Shown: piece after piece, positions 57,854 through 64,000 of the stretch
Position numbering within the stretch: the stretch's first letter is position 1
Layout of the letters: every line of letters begins with the position of its first letter
Assembly: GCA_021513715.1 (NCBI GenBank)
Contig: CP084167.1
Coordinates: 2,016,001-2,080,000 of the forward strand
Length of the DNA stretch: 64,000 nt
Direction of reading: 5' to 3'
DNA from: Candidatus Heimdallarchaeum endolithica
GTDB taxonomy: Archaea > Asgardarchaeota > Heimdallarchaeia > Heimdallarchaeales > Heimdallarchaeaceae
Position numbers and translations under genes: made by a program
The notes under the pieces: model-generated
Database searches by the model: none
Seen by the model: the letters and a program-made list of their open reading frames with translations, nothing else
Told to the model about the DNA's origin: nothing

Positions 57854-59101
57854 TTATATACCCCATTTTTCTAAAGCTTTGGCTAATTCCTCGTGTTCTT
57901 TTGCATACTCCTCCAATGAAATATCTTTCAATGTCGCATCTAATGCCTGTCTCATTGCTGTTGCACCTTTTCTTGTTCCATCAGGATGACCGTGTATACC
58001 TCCACCTGCTTGAATAATAATATTATTTCCACCATATTTTACTAGGTTAGGTATCTTTCCTGGGTGTAATCCCCCAGAAGCTACAGGAAACGTAGTTTTA
58101 AATTCGTACATGGGTTGTGTAAGACTATCTTTTATTTGTAATTCTAATTCTCTGTCAGTGTCCATCTTACCTTGACCAAACGAACCAATATGCAATTGGT
58201 CTCCACCAGACATACGAACTATTTTAGCGACAGGTAACATAGAAATTCCATGAAGTGGATTTCGAGTGAAAGCAGCATGCATTGTTCTATGAACATGTAT
58301 AGGGACATTAACTGCCGGGTCTTCAGCCATTTGAGCAAGTTCTTGAAAACCAGTTAATATTACATCAATCATCAAACACTTTGCTCCGTTATCTAAGGCA
58401 GTTTCTATCCTTTTCCACATAACATCATGCTTAGCAGTAACATTTACAGCATGCAAAACAGTGCGACCAGTTTCTTCTTTAACCTGGTCTAATTTTTCAA
58501 GTACTTTTACAACTCGATCTTCTAACCTGCAGAAGGACTGATTAGACAAATTTTCATCATCTTTGATGAAGTCAACACCCCCTATAGCTGCTTCATAGGC
58601 TACATCTGCCCACTCTTGAGCGGTTAAACCCATTTTGGGTTTGACAATTGTTCCAATATGTGGTCGATTAGGAAATTCTCCTTTATCTGTCCCTATTATC
58701 TTTCTTACACCTTCTATACCAAATTTAGGACCAGGGTAAGTTTCAGCAATGACTCTAGGAAACTCAACATCTAACCAGCGTATGTTTCTTAAAGCACCAA
58801 GACCAAAAAGATTTCCTGCAAGCATGGAGAGAATACTGGTAATACCAGCCTCTAAATCAAAGGTCTCTATTTTAAAACCAATTAATACTTCACCAGTTTG
58901 ATAACCATCCTTCTCAGAAAAAACTTTGGTATCCAAAACTTCAGCTCTAAGTTTAGCAACGTGAGGCTTACCCTCTGTAGTACGCAAGTCTGTCCAAGTG
59001 CCAACACTTTCTTCATCACAGATTTCTTCTGCGGCTTTTTCTACGCTTTTATGCTCAACGTAATAGCGAGCAACTACTAAATCTTTATATGCGTCATTCA
59101 T
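57854..59101 (-). CDS. rbcL: Form III RuBisCO large subunit
   Basis: EESVGTW, GNLFG, KPKMGL, KDDE, HVHRTMH, loop-6 GQGKM, SGGLHPG, GGGIHGHP: catalytic residues intact. Confidence 0.9.
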   Translation of the reverse strand: MNDAYKDLVVARYYVEHKSVEKAAEEICDEESVGTWTDLRTTEGKPHVAKLRAEVLDTKVFSEKDGYQTGEVLIGFKIETFDLEAGITSILSMLAGNLFGLGALRNIRWLDVEFPRVIAETYPGPKFGIEGVRKIIGTDKGEFPNRPHIGTIVKPKMGLTAQEWADVAYEAAIGGVDFIKDDENLSNQSFCRLEDRVVKVLEKLDQVKEETGRTVLHAVNVTAKHDVMWKRIETALDNGAKCLMIDVILTGFQELAQMAEDPAVNVPIHVHRTMHAAFTRNPLHGISMLPVAKIVRMSGGDQLHIGSFGQGKMDTDRELELQIKDSLTQPMYEFKTTFPVASGGLHPGKIPNLVKYGGNNIIIQAGGGIHGHPDGTRKGATAMRQALDATLKDISLEEYAKEHEELAKALEKWGI

Positions 59102-59284
59102 AAAATAAAAATGGCAAATGAACTTTTAAATGGTCTGTTTTGTTCAAATTTACTAGTCATGAAAAATGAAAATTAAAAGAAATCTTTACTAGTTATTAAA
59201 AAAATTGTAAATATGTTAGAGAAAAAATCAAGCAAAAAGTCAATAGAAAAATAAAGAAAAAAGAAAAAAGCTGGTTCATAAAAT

Positions 59285-60223
59285 TCATTCATTTAAGAGC
59301 ATAAAGGGATAATTCTCTTTAATAATCATGTAAACCAAGGAAGGAGCAAAAATACCAGCTTCAGTGATTACACCATCAATAAGATCACGAGAAACAGTCT
59401 CAAAAGCAGGATTAAGAATTTTCAAACCTTTAGGAGGATCTTCCCAAACTTCAGAAGGAGGGCGAAATTCAATCGCAGATAACTTGCCAATAGTAGTGGA
59501 AGCATCATACTTCAACAAGTTGATAGCGGTATAAAAAGGAACATCCATTTCCCTAGCAGCCAAAGCTAAAAGACGAGTACCAATCTTATTAATAACAGTA
59601 CCTTGGCTAGTAATAGCATCAGCACCAGTAATAACAATGTCAACATTATGTCGATTGATTACATAACGCATAGCACTATCAACAACCATTGTAGTAGGAA
59701 TCTCAGCATCAACCATCTCCTTAGCAGTAATACGACCCTGCCACTTAGGACGAGTCTCAGTAAGAAAAACCTCAATGTTTTTACCCTGACGGTGAGCCTC
59801 AATAATTATACCAGTAGACAAGGAAGAATGACAATGAGTCATAATAACACTATTATCACGAATACGGTGAGCTCCATAAGAGATAACTTTCCTTTTAGAA
59901 TCCTTCAACATCTCAACGTATTTCTGGGAAAGAGAAGAAACAAGTTCCTTAGCCTCAGAAACAGAACTAGCTTGATGTTCTAACTCGTAAAGAATAAAGT
60001 GTAAACCATTACGTAAAGCAGGTTCAGTTGCTCTAGCAGTAGATAAAATAATACTAGCTTTCTTAAGATGTTCAAAATAATCAGGGAGAGAAGAAAAATC
60101 TATTCGCTCAGCTAAAGAAGAAAAAGCCTTAACGCCCTCAATAGCAATATTGGTCGCTCCTTGAATACGAAGAGCTCGGATATCATCAACTATTTTCTGA
60201 AATTTATCATCCAGTTCAATCAC
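59285..60223 (-). CDS. Ribose-1,5-bisphosphate isomerase (eIF2B-like)
   Basis: IQGATNIA, RATEP, THCHSS, ETRP, GADAI, NKIGT, NPAFE; adjacent to RuBisCO. Confidence 0.88.
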   Translation of the reverse strand: MIELDDKFQKIVDDIRALRIQGATNIAIEGVKAFSSLAERIDFSSLPDYFEHLKKASIILSTARATEPALRNGLHFILYELEHQASSVSEAKELVSSLSQKYVEMLKDSKRKVISYGAHRIRDNSVIMTHCHSSLSTGIIIEAHRQGKNIEVFLTETRPKWQGRITAKEMVDAEIPTTMVVDSAMRYVINRHNVDIVITGADAITSQGTVINKIGTRLLALAAREMDVPFYTAINLLKYDASTTIGKLSAIEFRPPSEVWEDPPKGLKILNPAFETVSRDLIDGVITEAGIFAPSLVYMIIKENYPFMLLNE

Positions 60224-60386
60224 CTATATTAGACAATAAATAAATTAGAGAAAACAATTTATAGATTTATCGTTAAAGCAAAGAAAGAGAAAAAGTGTAA
60301 AAACAGAAAATAAGAATAGAATAAAAAAATTTTCCAATATCCTTTTCCTTTAACTAAAGAAAAACGATAAACTATATCAAAAGAAC

Positions 60387-60513
60387 TGGTGGGCCACGCA
60401 GGATTTGAACCTGCGACCGTCCGGTGGCTCTTTTGCGTTTTTTACGAGTTAGACGTTCTCTAGAACGCAAATTATGAGCCGGATGCTCTAGGACCAAGCT
60501 GAGCTAGTGGCCC
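60387..60513 (-). tRNA. tRNA with CAT anticodon, probably tRNA-Ile2, with 47-nt intron at 37/38 (nt 60426-60472)
   Basis: GGGCCAC/GTGGCCC acceptor (Ile-type), TCCGG-CTCATA^A-CCGGA anticodon arm, intron stem TTTGCG/CGCAAA, encoded CCA. Confidence 0.85.
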
Positions 60514-60604
60514 TGTCTTGACTTTTTTTCGTTTTACTCTTTCTCTTTCTTTCTTAAATTTTTCTTTTTGGGTCTCTTTTTCTCCTTTCTTAGATTTACA
60601 TTCT

Positions 60605-61651
60605 TTAAAAGAACTCCTCTATGTGTATTTTTTCATTTGCTATTTTTAATGGTCTGGCATCCACATTTATTTTTTTTCTTAGATAAGCTGCCAATTCACT
60701 TTCAAATCCATATAATGTATATATTTTATTTGGTTTTATTTTTTTAGCGTATTCTTCTATTTCTTTTGCATTTGCGTGCATCGAGAACGGAAAAGCTTTT
60801 TCGAAACTTGTATAATTAAATCTTGCTGCCTGTCCTGTTACTATTGCTCTTTTCACTTTTATTTTTTCTTTTATTATTTTTTCTGGTATTTTTTTTTCTC
60901 CCCTTGATAACAGTATCAGGCTATTTTTTGGGTCTATTTTTTCTTCTATTTCTTCTATTTTTTTGTATTTTAGTTTTACTCCATTTTTTTTGTACACTTC
61001 ATTTATTCTACTTGTTTTTTTGTTGCAATAGATATTTATTTCTAGCATTTCATTTAGGTAAGCTATTATTTCTTGTGCTGGCCCCATATTTCCCACATTT
61101 ATTACTGCCAAGTTATTTTCTTTTATTTTTTCTACTATCCAGTTGAATATTTTCATTTTTACTTTTTCTCTTGGTTCGAAGTATAGGTCTGGTTTTCCGT
61201 ATGTTGCTTCTGTTATCAGTATGTCTATTTTTTCTTCTGGTTCTTTTGCTTCTTTTACTGTTTTCATTTTTCCAAAGCTTATATCTCCAGTATACAGTAT
61301 GTTCTTTTTTTCTGTTTTAAACAGAATTTGTGCTGCTCCTAGCAAGTGTCCTGCTGGTAGTGCTTCTATATTCATTTCTTTAATTTTTATTTCTTTATTA
61401 TATTCCATGAAAAATGTATTTTTGCTTTTTTTTCCTGTTAATGTCGAAAACAATTCACTTGCTATTTTTGTTGCATATACTTTTATTCCTTCATTTGGGA
61501 AGGCTATTGCGTGATCTGTATGTGCATGTGTTATTATTGCTGCTGTATTCTTTTTTGCTGTTGCTATTGTTGTTGGATCAGCTATTAGGCTTGTTTTTCT
61601 TTCTGTATCTATTACTCTAATTCCATTTTCATATTTCACAAGACTTGGCAT
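60605..61651 (-). CDS. Metallo-beta-lactamase/beta-CASP-like nuclease
   Basis: THAHTDH, AGHLLGAA, YTGD, EATYG, SMHA. Confidence 0.85.
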   Translation of the reverse strand: MPSLVKYENGIRVIDTERKTSLIADPTTIATAKKNTAAIITHAHTDHAIAFPNEGIKVYATKIASELFSTLTGKKSKNTFFMEYNKEIKIKEMNIEALPAGHLLGAAQILFKTEKKNILYTGDISFGKMKTVKEAKEPEEKIDILITEATYGKPDLYFEPREKVKMKIFNWIVEKIKENNLAVINVGNMGPAQEIIAYLNEMLEINIYCNKKTSRINEVYKKNGVKLKYKKIEEIEEKIDPKNSLILLSRGEKKIPEKIIKEKIKVKRAIVTGQAARFNYTSFEKAFPFSMHANAKEIEEYAKKIKPNKIYTLYGFESELAAYLRKKINVDARPLKIANEKIHIEEFF

Positions 61652-61771
61652 GTTTGTATTCCTAATTACTCTTTTTTTTCCCCATTAAAAAGTTGTTTTT
61701 TCACTTATTTTTCCTTTCTCTTTTCTTTCTCATTCAGAAAAATTAATTACAATTACTGTGTATGCCAAATT

Positions 61772-62479
61772 ATGCCTAATGTTTACACTATCCTTGTTGC
61801 TGATTCTTCTTTGGAAACTTTTCCTTCTGAGCTTTTATCCAATTTACCCGTCCGTAACTTTTTTCGCAAGATAAAGAAAAAACCTAGTGATATTATTCTT
61901 GATTCCAATTATCATTCTCGTTTTATGTCTAATTTACCTAATTTATCCAAGCGTGGTCGTCCTGATATCCCACATTTAGCTCTTCTTGCTTGTTTTGGTT
62001 CTCTTCTTTCCCAAGACAGTCGTCTTCGTGTTTTCATTCACACAATTAATGATTTAATTATAGAATTCCATCCTTCTATTCGTCTTCCTAAAAATTTAGA
62101 TCGTTTTAAGGGGCTTATGATTCAACTTTTCAAGGAAGGCCGTGTTCCTCCTCTTTCTGATGAGCCTTTACTCACTCTTCGTCCTCAATCTTTAACTCAA
62201 TTCTTAATTTCTGCTCGTGAAAAACATGATCTTATTGTTGAATTTTCTCAAAAGGGAGATGTCTTACCTTCTCGTGAATATGCTTATCTTCTTTCTTCTC
62301 GTTGTTCTAATCCTCTGCTCATTTTTGGTGGCTTTTCCCATGGACACCTTAATATTGACTCTAAATTTGTTGATTATCGATTATCAATTTATCCTCATGG
62401 ATTAGAACTTTTTTCTGTTATTTCTCACGTTTTAGCTACACTTTACAACTTTGAAGAAGAACAAAATGTCAACCTATGA
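61772..62479 (+). CDS. nep1: 16S rRNA pseudouridine N1-methyltransferase Nep1/Emg1
   Basis: LDSNYH, RGRPDIPH, FIHT, RLPKN..RFKGLM, GGFSHG. Confidence 0.9.
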   Translation: MPNVYTILVADSSLETFPSELLSNLPVRNFFRKIKKKPSDIILDSNYHSRFMSNLPNLSKRGRPDIPHLALLACFGSLLSQDSRLRVFIHTINDLIIEFHPSIRLPKNLDRFKGLMIQLFKEGRVPPLSDEPLLTLRPQSLTQFLISAREKHDLIVEFSQKGDVLPSREYAYLLSSRCSNPLLIFGGFSHGHLNIDSKFVDYRLSIYPHGLELFSVISHVLATLYNFEEEQNVNL

Positions 62480-62584
62480 AAAAAAATTATTTCAAAAAAT
62501 AGTAGATAGGGAAAAAGAAAAAAGGAAAAAGAGAGACAAATTTCTTTTTTTTTGTAATTTATTAACTAATTATTGTCATCTTAG

Positions 62585-62818
62585 TTATTTTTCTACACAA
62601 ATCATAGTCATTGTTGAGCGAACATTTTCTAATACTCTTAAGTTATCAGTTACAATCTTTTTTAAAGAATCCATTGTTTCTGATTCAATTTTAGCTATTA
62701 GGTCATATACACCATAAACTACATGAGCTTCTTTCACATTTGGCATTCCTAACAGTTGTTCGAGAACAGATTTTTCTTCTCCTATTTCACTATTTATTAA
62801 TATAAAAGCTGTTGCCAT
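62585..62818 (-). CDS. Stand-alone Lrp/AsnC ligand-binding domain protein
   Basis: AFILIN...EAHVVYGVYDLIAKI...VRSTMTMI. Confidence 0.88.
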   Translation of the reverse strand: MATAFILINSEIGEEKSVLEQLLGMPNVKEAHVVYGVYDLIAKIESETMDSLKKIVTDNLRVLENVRSTMTMICVEK

Positions 62819-63161
62819 TTAATCACCTATGTAGTATACTGATTTTTTCTGTTAAAAATCTTTTTCAGATAAAAATAGCTTTTATTCTTTTTTCTTCTTT
62901 AGATGGTTTTTTTCTAACCATCCTTGAGAGCAAAATTGTCTTACAAAAATTAAGCTAATCAATATTTAACTACCCCCAGTTTACTATCAATTAAATGAAA
63001 AAGTTATTAATGTACGAGTGAATGAACTGGAAGCTAATTTGTAAATCAAGATAGTTTATTGAACTACTCGTTCTAATTCTCTTCCTTTTTCTCCTCAGAA
63101 ACAACAAGTATTTATTATTTTTAGTAAAATGGTTTTTAACCCACTTTAACTGTTGATTTAA

Positions 63162-64000
63162 ATGGATACTGCAAAAAAAATTGATCTTATCAAGTATAAT
63201 ACTACTGAAATTGTTACTGAACAGGAATTAAAAGAGCTTTTAGAGACTAAAGATTCACCTAATATTTATACTGGCTACGAACCTAGTGGTCCTGTTCATC
63301 TTGGTCATGCAGTTACTGTAATGAAGTTAAAAGATCTTGAAAGTGCTGGTTTTCATATTAAGATTTTACTAGCTGACGTTCATGCACTTTTGAACAAAAA
63401 AGGTACTAAAGAGGAAATAAGTGAAAATTGCGTTCTCTGGGAAAAAGCTATGCGTGCTTTGGGTCTTAAAAATCCTGAAATCGTTCTTGGCAGCGAGTTT
63501 CAATATAACAAGGAATACATTCAAGACTTACACCGTCTAGCTTTGCGTGTAACTATTAATCGTGGTTTACGATCTATGCAAGAAATTGCTCGAGACATTG
63601 AAAATGCTACCGTATCTCAGATGATTTATCCACTTATGCAAGTATTAGACATTAAATATCTTGATCTTGATGCTGCTCAAGGAGGAATGGAGCAAAGAAA
63701 GATTCACATGTTAGCTAGAGAAGTTTTCCCTAGTGAATTAAAGTTAAAACCTCCAGTATGTATTCATACTCCTCTTATTTCTTCCCTCATGGGACCAGGA
63801 TCAAAGATGTCTTCTTCAGTCCCAGAATCGATGATATCAGTCATAGATTCCAAGGAGGATATTCAACGCAAACTTAAGAAGGCATATTGTCCTGCTAAAA
63901 TCGTTGAAGACAATCCTGTTCTTCAGATAGCCAAGTTGGTTATTTTTCCAAACACTAAATCATTAACTGTTGAAAGGCCTGAGAAATTTGGTGGAGATAT
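63162..64000 (+). CDS. tyrS: Tyrosyl-tRNA synthetase (3' end outside window)
   Basis: YTGYEPSGPVHLGH (HIGH), YPLMQVLD, GGMEQRKIH, KMSSS. Confidence 0.95.
   Translation, partial: MDTAKKIDLIKYNTTEIVTEQELKELLETKDSPNIYTGYEPSGPVHLGHAVTVMKLKDLESAGFHIKILLADVHALLNKKGTKEEISENCVLWEKAMRALGLKNPEIVLGSEFQYNKEYIQDLHRLALRVTINRGLRSMQEIARDIENATVSQMIYPLMQVLDIKYLDLDAAQGGMEQRKIHMLAREVFPSELKLKPPVCIHTPLISSLMGPGSKMSSSVPESMISVIDSKEDIQRKLKKAYCPAKIVEDNPVLQIAKLVIFPNTKSLTVERPEKFGGD

Noticed and set aside
57854-59101. RuBisCO-like protein (form IV)
   Set aside because: Catalytic residues including the loop-6 lysine are present, and R15P isomerase is adjacent
60387-60513. tRNA-Met assignment
   Set aside because: The GGGCC acceptor start and overall sequence fit archaeal tRNA-Ile2(CAU) better, and the initiator A1-U72 pair is absent; elongator Met is not fully excluded
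60823-61620. Plus-strand hydrophobic ORFs over the MBL nuclease
   Set aside because: Antisense artefacts of extreme T-richness
62451-62717. 88-aa plus-strand ORF
   Set aside because: Spans the nep1 end, an A-rich spacer and the antisense of the Lrp-domain gene; no motif

Overview
AT-rich archaeal chromosome segment, most consistent with an Asgard archaeon (Heimdallarchaeia-like). Support: archaeal informational genes (aIF1A-Rio1-Dim2, aIF2beta, Nmd3, Nep1, SmAP-L37e, TyrRS, intron-containing tRNAs) together with eukaryotic-signature proteins (two-domain gelsolin, Arf-family GTPases). Housekeeping and metabolic genes include uvrBC, an opp ABC transporter, a HydBC-type formate dehydrogenase complex, form III RuBisCO with R15P isomerase, AcnX and argF. 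There are four tRNAs, a truncated IS5-like transposase and a tnpB element. Main observations: (1) a TnpB with a Fanzor-type rearranged RuvC site whose downstream omega-RNA has a second, stand-alone, structure-conserved copy about 21 kb away carrying a different guide; (2) a tightly packed five-gene operon of Arf-like pseudoGTPase, ChlI-type AAA+ ATPase, vWA/MIDAS protein, pseudo-gluzincin and HEAT-repeat protein; (3) a Bacteroidetes-like serine palmitoyltransferase candidate; (4) two ORB-containing intergenic regions with no neighbouring orc1/cdc6; (5) an HTH gene bracketed by inverted TGATAG/CACTAT hexamer arrays; (6) A/T strand skew that flips at tRNA genes regardless of gene direction. No CRISPR array or rRNA was seen. 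All calls are by eye from motifs; no searches were run.
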